DNA of 64,000 bases, from NCBI GenBank assembly GCA_015486075.1, contig WFSG01000012.1:21096-85095 (forward strand), written 5' to 3'. How positions within the stretch are numbered: the stretch's first letter is position 1; every line of letters starts with the position of its first letter. Source of the DNA: Deltaproteobacteria bacterium. GTDB taxonomy: Bacteria > Desulfobacterota > Desulfomonilia > UBA1062. The notes under the pieces were generated by a model. It saw only the letters and a list, made by a program, of their open reading frames with translations. It did no database searches and was not told the origin of the DNA. The translations under genes were made by a program, and so were the position numbers. Below, in pieces: positions 10,223-20,642 of this stretch.

Positions 10223-11452
10223 ATGAACAGGTTATTCCTGCCCCAGTTACGATGGTATGGTAAGAAGAGCCTGGATATTAGCTTTCCTGACAACTGGGAA
10301 GTAGATTATCTCCTTTCCAGGGGCGCAAAGAATAAGCCACTTACAGGTGGTGAGATAGTCTCTTCACTAAGAAATCCTATAGGTACCAAACCGCTACGTG
10401 AAATTGCCCGGGGTCGCAAGGAGATCGCCATTGTTTTCGACGATTTCACAAGGATAACGCCGGTTGGCGAGATTGCAATGCATGTACTTGACGAACTTCA
10501 CAATGCAGGGATCGTGGACGAGCAGATAAGGTTTATCTGTGCGCTGGGAGCACATGGGGCTCATGACATGAACATGCTGAGGAAGAAATTAGGGGATGAT
10601 ATAATAAGAAACTATCCTGTGTATAATCACAATTGCTACGAGAACTGTACAAAGGTAGGCGAGACATCCCAGGGCACGCCCATAAGTCTTAACAACGAGT
10701 ATCTGAACTGTGACCTGAGGATAGGGATAGGCGGTATTTCCCCACACGTGCAGACAGGTTTCGGCGGGGGTGGTAAGATCATTCTTCCAGGTATTTCCCA
10801 CATAGATACAATAGCCTATTTCCACACAGTAGTGGAGGAAAGAAACGCGGAGCACCTCGGTCTTGGCAATTACGAGGGTAACCTCATGAATAAGGACTTC
10901 TCCGAGGCCGTGGTGATCGGTAAGCTGGATTTCAAGATAGATGCCATTTTCAACCTGCAAGGTGACATCTGCAAGCTGTTTGCAGGTGACCCCACGGCCG
11001 AGTACCTGGAAGGGTGCAGGTATGCCATTGATCACTATGCAACCCCGCCGTCAGTTGGTAACGATGTCGCGGTTGTAAATGCATACGGCAAGGCGAATGA
11101 GATGGCCATTGCAGGGCTTATAGCTCTTTCCTGCATAAAGATTGAAAAGGCGATAGTAATATTTGTTTACAACGCACCCGAGGGACAGATAACCCACTAT
11201 CTTTTCAGGAGTTTTGGAAAACATTACGGTGGTAGGCGTTACCAGTACAAGGAAAAGTTTCTTGAAACCATAAAGCTGGTAGCCTTTACAGAGTACCCAG
11301 ATAGGACAAGCACAGACTGGTTCGTTGATCCAAGGGAGGTTAAGTTCGTAACCAAGTGGGAAGATGCCCTCAGGTTGATAACGGACACGTTTCCAGATGG
11401 TGGAAAAGCTGTCGTGGTACCAGATGGCACCATGCAGTACTTCAGGGCCTGA
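10223..11452 (+). CDS. Nickel-pincer lactate racemase (LarA)-family protein
   Basis: NPIGTKPL, DDFTR, ALGAH, HNC, SPHVQTGFGGGGKIILPGISHIDTIAYFH; AGGAGG RBS. Confidence 0.88.
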   Translation: MNRLFLPQLRWYGKKSLDISFPDNWEVDYLLSRGAKNKPLTGGEIVSSLRNPIGTKPLREIARGRKEIAIVFDDFTRITPVGEIAMHVLDELHNAGIVDEQIRFICALGAHGAHDMNMLRKKLGDDIIRNYPVYNHNCYENCTKVGETSQGTPISLNNEYLNCDLRIGIGGISPHVQTGFGGGGKIILPGISHIDTIAYFHTVVEERNAEHLGLGNYEGNLMNKDFSEAVVIGKLDFKIDAIFNLQGDICKLFAGDPTAEYLEGCRYAIDHYATPPSVGNDVAVVNAYGKANEMAIAGLIALSCIKIEKAIVIFVYNAPEGQITHYLFRSFGKHYGGRRYQYKEKFLETIKLVAFTEYPDRTSTDWFVDPREVKFVTKWEDALRLITDTFPDGGKAVVVPDGTMQYFRA

Positions 11453-11533
11453 TACCTGGTATATCTTTACCAAGACTGATACATAGGCACCGTTATCCAC
11501 GATGTTGGTTTCTACATTGTGGCCTTGCAAGGA

Positions 11534-11563
11534 GCCTGGCCTGTATGTAATAGCAGACCAGGC
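11534..11563. terminator. Probable hairpin terminator between convergent genes
   Basis: gcctgg-c-ctg...cag-a-ccaggc stem between the larA-like gene and the DUF302-like gene. Confidence 0.4.
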
Positions 11564-11575
11564 CTTTAAGACTTG

Positions 11576-12466
11576 CTATCGTACTTTCTTCAGGCAGGTG
11601 TCCCTTATTATTCCTGTGACAATCTCAGGGAAGTCCCTGTACTGTTCCCTGATTTGCATGTCCACGCTATAGAACAGGGGCTTGAACATGAAGGTGGGTA
11701 AGAACATGTTTATGAAAGCATACCCATTCTCGGAACGTACTGCCCCAAGGCATGGCAGGATGAGATTATACTTCTTGTTCATCTCCATGGCCATGCCTGC
11801 GTATTTGGGGGTGCAGAATTCTATGAGTATGAGATTTTCAGCCCCCTTCACAAAGCTATAATCCCTTTGGTCTATTATTTTCCATCCTTCCAGCTCGTCG
11901 AAACTGCTGGTCACCAGATGAGCAAGCTCAACCACTTCGTCGTGGGGGTCTGACTTGATCTTTTTCCTATAGATATCCTTGGTTTTCTTTAACCTGCCGA
12001 GGTAGGCCATCTTTTTCTCATCCATGTCGAAACCGTCCAGTCCATGTACAAGCTTGAATTCCCCGAGTTCAGGTGAAGCAGCCTTGAAGAAGTTTATAAC
12101 TGTTTTCTTGAACCTGTTGAAGATATTATCGACCTTTAACATCTGTTCGCCTGTCACGTCCTCGCCAATGGATTCAAGGAAGTAGTATGGATACCTTGTA
12201 TTTACATGGACTATCCCATCCTCTTCGTATACACCTACCTTTAACAGGGGCAATGCATAGACATTTTCCCACCTGGTTTCCATGACCACGCGGGAGAGTT
12301 CCCTGAGATGAAACTCAAACGTAAATGCCTTAGGCGACCACCTGTGAATACCACCCAGTTCAAAGCCCTTGAGGTCTTTTAAGGTATCCCTTAGATAGTC
12401 TATGGTTCCTTGGAAATCCCTTTTAGCATCCTTTACCTCACCTATCTTCAGAAATGGTCTACTCAT
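11576..12466 (-). CDS. Hypothetical protein with two DUF302-like domains
   Basis: C-half LIEFCTPKYA...LILPCLGAVRSENG matches the DUF302 pattern; N-half YALPLLKVGVYEEDGIVHV is a similar repeat; GGAGG RBS. Confidence 0.6.
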   Translation of the reverse strand: MSRPFLKIGEVKDAKRDFQGTIDYLRDTLKDLKGFELGGIHRWSPKAFTFEFHLRELSRVVMETRWENVYALPLLKVGVYEEDGIVHVNTRYPYYFLESIGEDVTGEQMLKVDNIFNRFKKTVINFFKAASPELGEFKLVHGLDGFDMDEKKMAYLGRLKKTKDIYRKKIKSDPHDEVVELAHLVTSSFDELEGWKIIDQRDYSFVKGAENLILIEFCTPKYAGMAMEMNKKYNLILPCLGAVRSENGYAFINMFLPTFMFKPLFYSVDMQIREQYRDFPEIVTGIIRDTCLKKVR

Positions 12467-12867
12467 GCTTTACCTCCGATTTGCCAGTAATCTGAGTTTC
12501 TTATAATTAAACATGGGCTAATTTATCAAGCGATTTATAACTAATTAATGGTAATATGACATGAAGTACTACCTTTCATCGATTCATCTAGCTCCTTGCC
12601 AAGCTTATCACCCTTGTAATCTATAGAAATGTCTTCCCTATCCTTCGCAAGTATCACGTTTGCCTTCCATGACCCTGTCCTGCCTGTCATTAAGGGAGAG
12701 GGCCCTCACGTTGAATATACCTGCTCAAGTGGTCATTGGACCAAGTATATCTGGTACCGCAGGTCAAGTCCTAGTATTATGCCATTATTCTAATGTTGAT
12801 TTTTCAGGTAATATGCTGCATGATCAATAAGATTGTAACTCTTGATGTCATCGTGGGAGGCTAGGAT

Positions 12868-15456
12868 TTGCATTGCTGGGGACTTGTAGGCAGGCATAGT
12901 AGATCCAGGTATAGTTGTGTAACGCCTTGTATTGTATACTTGTTTATCTTGTTAGGTCTACTTTCATCAGGATGCACCACGTTCATGATGCATCACTATA
13001 GATATACACTGGCAAAGTCCAGGGGGATAGAGGTACTAAAGGGTTTAAAGATGCCCGTGACCATAAGAAGGGATCACATGGGCATACCGTTCATAGATGC
13101 CCCTGACACGGATGATCTTGCATTTGCCATAGGTTACGTTAATGCGAGTGACAGGTTATCCCAGATGATAGGCTTCAAGCTGATGGCAGAGGGGAGACTC
13201 TCTGAGATGGCAGGACCATCGACACTTGACATAGATGTGTACATCCGTTCCCAGGGGCTTAACCAGATAGCGAGAAGCTTGTACTCATCGTGCTCAGATA
13301 GACTTAAGCGTATACTTAGGTATTACAGTGCAGGGGTGAATGCGTATATAGAGAAATACCGTGATTGCCTACCACCAGATATACAACTTGCTGGGTACGA
13401 GCCGGACAAGTGGAGACCCATTGATTCCGTATCTGTTTTCGTGCTGTTGAATTTTGGTCTTGCAGTGAACCTCCAGGAAGAGATTGATGTACTTAATATG
13501 GTCAATGCAATAGGTCCTGCAAAGGCAGCATGGCTGTTTCCCATATACCCGGATGAACCGCTACCTTTCAAGGAAGCTAGTAAACTTGCAGGTATAGGTC
13601 TAGCTGATGCACACAAATTTGACCTGGCTAGGATAAACCACGTACAGGATTCACTAAGGGAAATGGGCCTGCTTGGAATCCCGGCGTCCAACAACTGGGC
13701 GATATCTGGCAGACGTACCTTAAGGAAGGCATGTATATTTGCAAACGATACTCACCTTCCCCTTTCCATGCCCTCCATCTGGAACCTCATGCATGTAAGA
13801 TGCCCAGACTATGATGCGGCTGGCATAGCCATTGCCGGTATACCTGGAATTGTGGCCGGCTACAACGGCCATATTGCATGGGGCATGACCATGGTAATGG
13901 GGGACAACCAAGACGTATTCATAGAAAAGATCAGGAAGGAGAATGGAAGGGTTCTCTACCTTTACAAGGATAAATGGGAACCCGCGGCTGGAAGAAAAGA
14001 GATATTCAGGATTAAGGGGAGGGAACCAGTTGTACGGACCATATATGAAACGGTTCATGGACCCCTCATAGGTGATGCGCTTGGGTGCGAGCGCAAGAAC
14101 GAGATAGAGGCAATGCCTATGAGCCTGCCCGAGAGGTACGATATCGCAGTAAGCTGGGCATCGCATGTCCCTGGTGATAAGACCATGGATGCTTTCCTAT
14201 CCTTGGAGGCAACACGTTCTATAGATGAAGCGATACCCTTGTTGAAGAAGATTCGTGCCATATCGCTAAATATGGTTGTAGCAGATCACGACAACATTGC
14301 CTGGCAGGTTACAGGATGTTTCCCCTTGAGAAAAAATGGGCGCGGTCTTTTTCCATCCCCGGGTTGGACTGGTAAGTACGATTGGAAAGGTTTTTTAGAC
14401 GTATCGAAACAACCCCATGCATTGAATCCTTCACAGGGGTTCATCTGCACGGCAAATAACCGTACAGTGGGTCCCTCTTTTCCCTATGTGCTGTCCTCGT
14501 CTTGGTACTACCCCGAGAGGGCAGAGCGTATAAGGAAGCTTTTATCGTCAAGTAACGCTCACACCCTTGAGACCAGTATGAAGATGCAACTTGATACATG
14601 CTCACCATATGTTGCAAAGCTAAAGGATGCCCTGCTAAAAGGCGGGACATATGGAGGGATTATAAGGACGATTGATGGCTGGAAGGATGCTTCAAGGAAG
14701 GCTGAAGCCAGGGAAGCTCTGTACATGCTGAGGCACTCTGACTCCAAGATGGGTATCGATTCCACATCTGCCTGCCTTATAGGCGCCCTCATGTACACCT
14801 ATACGCGTAATACGTTTCTCGACGAACTAGGACCAGAAGATAGCCCGCAATGGAAGTCCTTTATACATGAGGGTGATCTGGGATACTCGGCAATAGCTGA
14901 TCACATAACCATGAGAGGAGATGAGAGTCCCTTTTGGGATAATGTGAATACGCCCGAGAAAGAGACAAAGGCACAGATAGTAGCAAACTCGCTTGCCGAT
15001 GCCATGGAACTGCTGGAACACAGGCTTGGCAAAGATAGGGCAGGTTGGAAATGGGGTAGGCTGCATACCTATTACTGGGAAACAGAGGCATACAAGATGT
15101 CAAGATACATGGGATTATTCCAGAGGCTAGGCATGAGGTTTCTTTCGCCTTTTTTCAATAGGGGTGCCTTTCCCGCTCCAGGCGACCACACTACAATAAA
15201 CGTGGCTTCATACCACCTGGCAAAGGATTTTGGCGTGTGGCTCATACCAGAGATGAGGATCATAGTTGATTTCAGCAGAAAGGACCCTCTTTATGCAGTA
15301 AACAGTACGGGCCAATCTGGTAACCCGGTTAGTATTCACTACGACGATGGCATAAGGGCATGGCTTGAGGGAAGTTATGTGAGCTTCCCGTTCGGTGAGA
15401 AGAAACTAGAGCACCAGTATACTGACGTGCTTACCCTGAAGCCTGAAGGGAAGTGA
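12868..15456 (+). CDS. Penicillin acylase (Ntn-hydrolase) family lipoprotein, acyl-homoserine-lactone acylase QuiP-like
   Basis: Lipobox LSSGC; GYVNASDRLSQM, LLNFGLAVNLQEEI, YPDEPLPF, autocleavage site ASNNWAISG, ANDTHL, TANNR, GQSGNP; GGAGG 7 nt before the TTG start. Confidence 0.9.
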   Translation: MHCWGLVGRHSRSRYSCVTPCIVYLFILLGLLSSGCTTFMMHHYRYTLAKSRGIEVLKGLKMPVTIRRDHMGIPFIDAPDTDDLAFAIGYVNASDRLSQMIGFKLMAEGRLSEMAGPSTLDIDVYIRSQGLNQIARSLYSSCSDRLKRILRYYSAGVNAYIEKYRDCLPPDIQLAGYEPDKWRPIDSVSVFVLLNFGLAVNLQEEIDVLNMVNAIGPAKAAWLFPIYPDEPLPFKEASKLAGIGLADAHKFDLARINHVQDSLREMGLLGIPASNNWAISGRRTLRKACIFANDTHLPLSMPSIWNLMHVRCPDYDAAGIAIAGIPGIVAGYNGHIAWGMTMVMGDNQDVFIEKIRKENGRVLYLYKDKWEPAAGRKEIFRIKGREPVVRTIYETVHGPLIGDALGCERKNEIEAMPMSLPERYDIAVSWASHVPGDKTMDAFLSLEATRSIDEAIPLLKKIRAISLNMVVADHDNIAWQVTGCFPLRKNGRGLFPSPGWTGKYDWKGFLDVSKQPHALNPSQGFICTANNRTVGPSFPYVLSSSWYYPERAERIRKLLSSSNAHTLETSMKMQLDTCSPYVAKLKDALLKGGTYGGIIRTIDGWKDASRKAEAREALYMLRHSDSKMGIDSTSACLIGALMYTYTRNTFLDELGPEDSPQWKSFIHEGDLGYSAIADHITMRGDESPFWDNVNTPEKETKAQIVANSLADAMELLEHRLGKDRAGWKWGRLHTYYWETEAYKMSRYMGLFQRLGMRFLSPFFNRGAFPAPGDHTTINVASYHLAKDFGVWLIPEMRIIVDFSRKDPLYAVNSTGQSGNPVSIHYDDGIRAWLEGSYVSFPFGEKKLEHQYTDVLTLKPEGK

Positions 15457-15618
15457 GCGATGGATAGAATCAGCCTTGAGATTCACAGGCTAAGTACTGG
15501 TCTTTGCAAGTAACTTTGTAATGCCTCGTCCAGGTTGGATAAGGGAATGAAATGCAAGATGTTTTACGAAGGGCCTGGTTTCTAGGGATGTCCCTACTAT
15601 AGAGGAGAAAAAGGATCA

Positions 15619-17916
15619 ATGATGAGGAAGATTGCAGAGATTATCTACAAGTTAAGGTACTTCCTTGCTTTATGCGTGCTTGCGCTTACTGTTTTCTTTG
15701 GTCTCTCAATACACGGGAAGTTGGATAATACGATAACAGCATGGTTTGCAAAAGATGACCCGGTATATGTCACCTATTCTCGTTTTCGTGATACGTTCGA
15801 GGGGGACAGGTATCTGATTGTTGCAGTAAAGTCAGACAACCTGTTCTCTATGGATGTCCTTAACTACATAAAGAGGAAGACATCAGAGCTCGAGGACCTG
15901 CCACAGGTAAAAAAGGTGCATTCCCTTGCCAACTCGAACAAGGTCATAGGTACAGAGCAGGGTGTAGAGATAAACCCACTTCTTGAAAACCTGAAAAAAG
16001 ATAGGCTCGGGAGCATAAGGCATTACACCATGAATGATAAACTCTACCGGGGCTACCTGATATCAGCAGATGGCAGGCTCACGTCCATAATCGTTGCATT
16101 CGACGAGATGGATACAGACGAGATGGACATGGTAATAGCCAAGGTCAAGAAGATACTCAACACCGGTAAGCCCAAGGGTGTAGCCATATACCTGACTGGT
16201 GATGTTATGCTGAACTACGAGTTCAACGATATCACCAGACAGGATGAAACTGTCCTGCCTGTCCTCGGTATCGCGCTTGCCATTTTCGTCTCTTTCTTCC
16301 TTTTCAGGTCAATACTCAAGGTAAGCATAGTACTCATAGGTGTAGTAGCGACACTTACATGGTCTATAGGTTTTTACTGCTTACTCGGATACTCGTTTAA
16401 CGCTGTTACCGGCATGATTGTGCCGCTTGTAACAATACTCTCGGTTGCCAACTCCCTACACATCATAGAGTATTTTGACGAGGTGAGTGAGAAACTGGAC
16501 AAGAGGGAGGCCTTTATTTCAACCTTGGAATACATTATGACACCGTGCTTTGTTGCCAGCATAACCACTTCCTTCGGCCTTGCATCCCTTATCACTAGCC
16601 CGATAGGTGCTATAAAACACTTTGGCGTGTCAGCCGGTGCTGGTATAATGTTCAGTTTCATCATATCCGTAATCATTGCCCCGTTGATGCTCATTGTTTT
16701 CCAAGGCAAGAAAAGCGCACATCACGAACACTGGAGGAAATTTCTTGCGCACCTTGCCGAGGTCAACGTGCGTGGATACAGGTACATACTGATCGCGGCC
16801 ATTGTGGCCATCGCATTTTTCGGATATGGCTTTACAAAGATAAGGATTGAGACCAACGAGCTCAAATGGTTTCCCAAAACCAGTGACCTGTACAAGAGTT
16901 CCATGATTGTCGACAAGGAACTGGCAGGCACTGGAGACCTCGAAATATTCATACAGGGAAACGAGGGTGTACTCAAGAACCCTGACATAATGAAAAGGAT
17001 GGACCTGCTCTCCCAGGAAATAAAGAAGATGCCGCACGTAAAAAAGGTGATATCCCTGGCCAACTACGTGAAGACGGTAAACAAGGTCCTTCAGGGTGAC
17101 AGGCCCGATGAGTACAGGGTACCTGACTCAAGGTCACTTATAGCTCAGGAATTACTTTTGTTCAGTTTTTCAAGCGACGGCAGGGAAGAGCTGGAAAGCA
17201 TTGCTACCCCTGATTATTCAAAGGGGAGGATAACCATAAAGCTACGTTACACAAGCTCCGAAGATGTGGAGGCTCTATCCCATCTGGTAGATAAGAAGGC
17301 AAAGGAGATATTCTCAGGTACAGATGTCAAGGTCACGCTGACAGGCATATCCTACATATTCAGCACCCTGAACAGTTACATCATCCAGAGCCAGATAAGG
17401 AGCTTTACATTGGCGTTTATCCTGGTCATAGGCATAATATACCTGGTCTTCTACTCGCTGAGGTATGGTACAATCAGCATATTACCAAATATATTCCCAA
17501 TAATAGTGGTCCTTGGTTTCATGGGATGGGTAGGCATAACCCTGAACGTAGGGACAGTGATGAATGCCTCTGTTGCCCTTGGCATATGCGTGGACGACAC
17601 CATACATTTTCTTACCAGGTTCAGGAAGGAGTTTGACAAGTCGACTTTAAGTGTACCAGATGCCATAAGGAGGAGTACTGTCATGGTTGGAAGGGCCATT
17701 ATATCTACTTCTATTATAAACATATCCGGATTCCTGTTGACCGTAATATCGGAGTTCAAGCCCACAAGGGAATTTGGATGGCTGATATCTTTGACCCTGT
17801 TTCTTGCTCTGCTGGGTGACCTATTTATACTTCCATCTTCCATGATGAAGGTACAGGGTATTCTTGTTAGGTCAAGGGAAAAGACCTTGGCAAAAGAAGG
17901 ATACACGCGCCAATAA
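15619..17916 (+). CDS. MMPL/RND-family transporter
   Basis: Two repeats of TM-periplasmic loop-5TM; ANSLHII, ITTSFG, ALGICVDDTIHFL. Confidence 0.9.
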   Translation: MMRKIAEIIYKLRYFLALCVLALTVFFGLSIHGKLDNTITAWFAKDDPVYVTYSRFRDTFEGDRYLIVAVKSDNLFSMDVLNYIKRKTSELEDLPQVKKVHSLANSNKVIGTEQGVEINPLLENLKKDRLGSIRHYTMNDKLYRGYLISADGRLTSIIVAFDEMDTDEMDMVIAKVKKILNTGKPKGVAIYLTGDVMLNYEFNDITRQDETVLPVLGIALAIFVSFFLFRSILKVSIVLIGVVATLTWSIGFYCLLGYSFNAVTGMIVPLVTILSVANSLHIIEYFDEVSEKLDKREAFISTLEYIMTPCFVASITTSFGLASLITSPIGAIKHFGVSAGAGIMFSFIISVIIAPLMLIVFQGKKSAHHEHWRKFLAHLAEVNVRGYRYILIAAIVAIAFFGYGFTKIRIETNELKWFPKTSDLYKSSMIVDKELAGTGDLEIFIQGNEGVLKNPDIMKRMDLLSQEIKKMPHVKKVISLANYVKTVNKVLQGDRPDEYRVPDSRSLIAQELLLFSFSSDGREELESIATPDYSKGRITIKLRYTSSEDVEALSHLVDKKAKEIFSGTDVKVTLTGISYIFSTLNSYIIQSQIRSFTLAFILVIGIIYLVFYSLRYGTISILPNIFPIIVVLGFMGWVGITLNVGTVMNASVALGICVDDTIHFLTRFRKEFDKSTLSVPDAIRRSTVMVGRAIISTSIINISGFLLTVISEFKPTREFGWLISLTLFLALLGDLFILPSSMMKVQGILVRSREKTLAKEGYTRQ

Positions 17917-18089
17917 GGTAATCAACTGGCTTGCTAGCTAGCCACGGACGTTCTATATCTGGATAATATCTAGGCGACCGTAGCTTTCATCATGTTTTTA
18001 TCTGGCTAAATGGCATCCGAGGACCTTGCATCTCGGCTACCATACCATGGTTGGTATAGAACCATAGAACACGGAAAGGTTAAGCCATT

Positions 18090-18851
18090 CTAGAAATCGT
18101 AGTTAGGGTTATCAGGAGAGAAATCTTTGTCAGTAAGGCCTACATTCAGTTTCACCTTGGAAAAGGCGTAATTTTCAACGAATATGCCCTTGTAATCCCA
18201 AATTTGGACACCGACAGGTAGTCCTGTTGCGTTATCTATATACATCTTTATCCTGTGTGCATAGTCAGTCGGTTTTCTTTTCACAGGTCTCAATATTTCT
18301 ATGCAATGGGTCATGGTTCCATATAGATTGACCTCACCGCAATCGCTTAGCTTGAAACCTGCCTCAGGGTGCTTCTCGCTCCACATAAGGTCGTCTATAG
18401 AGGTCTTTACGATATTTCCTATGCCTGCTTCTAGGATTGTATGGCGGTTACCTCTCATGGCGAGCCTGCCGAGAGGATTTATGTTCATTGTTATATCGGG
18501 AAAAGAGCCCTTGTGCACCTTTAACCTGTCTCTATTCCACCCCTTGACAAAGATTACCTCCTGGTTCTTGTGGGGGTTTTTTATCCATTTCATGTACACG
18601 CTAAAAGGCTTTTCCCTGAACTTCATGAATATGGTTTCAACAGGCCTCATCTCCCCATCTATCCATTCCTGCTTGTAGAGTATGGCCGTGTAATCTTTTA
18701 CTTTACTGTATGCCTTTTGCATGTTCAAGATGTACTGTTTTAGTGCTAGCGTATCCTTTGTCCGGACAGTCTTTTTAGTGACATCAGCCCCGTAGGCTGT
18801 AAGATAAGACAATAAAAAAAACGAGGAGACCAGTATTGTAACCTTTTTCAT
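18090..18851 (-). CDS. Exported DUF1571-domain protein
   Basis: Signal peptide; VKDYTAILYKQE, FREKPFSVYMKW, QEVIFVKG, NRHTILEAGIG, NVGLTDKDFSPDNPNYDF. Confidence 0.8.
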   Translation of the reverse strand: MKKVTILVSSFFLLSYLTAYGADVTKKTVRTKDTLALKQYILNMQKAYSKVKDYTAILYKQEWIDGEMRPVETIFMKFREKPFSVYMKWIKNPHKNQEVIFVKGWNRDRLKVHKGSFPDITMNINPLGRLAMRGNRHTILEAGIGNIVKTSIDDLMWSEKHPEAGFKLSDCGEVNLYGTMTHCIEILRPVKRKPTDYAHRIKMYIDNATGLPVGVQIWDYKGIFVENYAFSKVKLNVGLTDKDFSPDNPNYDF

Positions 18852-19205
18852 ACATACCTCCTAAATTTATTTAAACATATCACGAGGAGAACCGCATAAA
18901 ATTCTTCTACTCATTAGGTACAAAGTCTCTTTTTACACTTGTTAAATGGTTATATTACTGAAACATGGGAGGGAATCAAGGATAAAAATACTACGTCTGC
19001 TTCCATGGTCTACTAGGATGTAAACCTATTTTTGTATGCCGTGATCAAGGAAAGGAGAAACACAGGTTTAGGTACGTTTGTCTTTGGTCTTAGAAGATTG
19101 ATTAAGCGCTATATTTATGCTAGCAATCTTGGTGTGGTTATTATTGTTTAACGTATATCCCGGTTGTGGTTATGGTCCCTTTTAGACAGGCAGGAGGTCA
19201 ATATC

Positions 19206-20642
19206 GTGTATAACAAGAAAGATGTGGAGGTCTTCATAAACCCTTCATCTGTTGCTGTTATAGGTGCAAGCCAAAGGCCCGGTTCCTGGGGTTCCTTTAT
19301 AATGGAAGGGCTTCTTTCGATGGGATTTCCAGGTAGGATATATCCTGTCAACACGCACCAGGAGAGTGTTTACGGTATAAAGTCCGTAAGGGATATAAGG
19401 GACATAGAAGGTGGGGTTGACCTTGCTGTATTGGCCATTCCAGAAGAGACAATTGAAGGCGTGATAAGGGCATGCGGGGAAAAGGGCGTGAAGGGTCTTG
19501 CCATAATCACGGCAGGTTTTGGCGAGGCCGTAGAAGGCGGCAGGGAGAGGGAGAAGAAGATAGCCAGGCTTGCGCGTTCTTATGGCATGCATATCCTTGG
19601 TCCTAATGTAAGTGGGACGTTTAATCTTGATGCCAGATTCAATGCAGCCGCGTCCCCCAAGGATCATCTACTTAGAACACCTTTGGTGGCGGTTTGCCAA
19701 GGTGGGTACGCATTCTACGACTTGCTTGCCTCTGGTTTCTCAAGGGGTATGGGGGTATCTAGGTTCATACATACAGGTAACGAGTGCGACCTCACAGTCA
19801 CAGATTTCTTGGAGTACTTTGGGGCAGATCCAGAGGCAAAGGCAATTTTAATGTACGTTGAAACCATAAGGGATGGCAGGCGCTTCATAGAAGTTGCTAA
19901 GCATGTAACAGCCAGGAAACCCGTTGTGATGTACAAAGCAGGCAGAACACCAGGCAGCAAGCGTGCTGCTATGAGCCATACAGGTGCGCTGTCAGGTTCC
20001 ACGGAAATCTATCGTGCCATGCTTCATCAGGTTGGTGTCATCACGAGTCCCACCATGGAACTATTGCTACCCTTGGGACACGCACTTATAGAGCGTCCCC
20101 CCATGAGAGGCAGGCGTGTTGCAATAATTACGATGGGTGGATCCTGGGGGGTTGCACTTACTGATGCACTGGAACTGGCAGGACTAGTGGTCCCTGAGTT
20201 TAGTCCTGAACTACAGAAACGCCTGAGGTCTCTTGGTATGCCCGTGAGGGCCTCCACGAGGAATCCCGTGGACATAGGTGCATCAGGACTTTTTTTCTCG
20301 GTAGACCTTTTACTGGAACTTGGCCGAGAGATACTCGGGTCTTCCGAGGTAGATGCCCTGGTACTGCATGGTCTAGGAAGGCCCGGCATGCTTGGTGATG
20401 ATGCATCAGACGAGGTCAGGCTTTTTCTGGAGGTGGAGAAACAATCCATACGTGGCTTTGATGAGCTTGAGAAAGAGTTTCATTGTCCTGTGCTGGTAGG
20501 AAGCCATTTCTCTCCCTGGGAATCACAGGCAATACACGATCTCACAAAGGAAGGTATAAGGGTCTATAACAGGCTCGATGAGATAGCGCAACTACTCTAC
20601 CACATGTATCAATACTGGCAGATGAGAAGCCGTGGCAATTAG
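19206..20642 (+). CDS. ADP-forming acyl-CoA synthetase alpha subunit (CoA-binding protein)
   Basis: PSSVAVIGAS, ITAGFGE, GPN, GNECD, SHTGALSG phospho-His motif, NPVD; GTG start after AGGAGG. Confidence 0.88.
   Translation: MYNKKDVEVFINPSSVAVIGASQRPGSWGSFIMEGLLSMGFPGRIYPVNTHQESVYGIKSVRDIRDIEGGVDLAVLAIPEETIEGVIRACGEKGVKGLAIITAGFGEAVEGGREREKKIARLARSYGMHILGPNVSGTFNLDARFNAAASPKDHLLRTPLVAVCQGGYAFYDLLASGFSRGMGVSRFIHTGNECDLTVTDFLEYFGADPEAKAILMYVETIRDGRRFIEVAKHVTARKPVVMYKAGRTPGSKRAAMSHTGALSGSTEIYRAMLHQVGVITSPTMELLLPLGHALIERPPMRGRRVAIITMGGSWGVALTDALELAGLVVPEFSPELQKRLRSLGMPVRASTRNPVDIGASGLFFSVDLLLELGREILGSSEVDALVLHGLGRPGMLGDDASDEVRLFLEVEKQSIRGFDELEKEFHCPVLVGSHFSPWESQAIHDLTKEGIRVYNRLDEIAQLLYHMYQYWQMRSRGN

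Noticed and set aside
11493..11501. DnaA-box-like ttatccacg
   Set aside because: A single 8/9 match with no cluster and no origin context.
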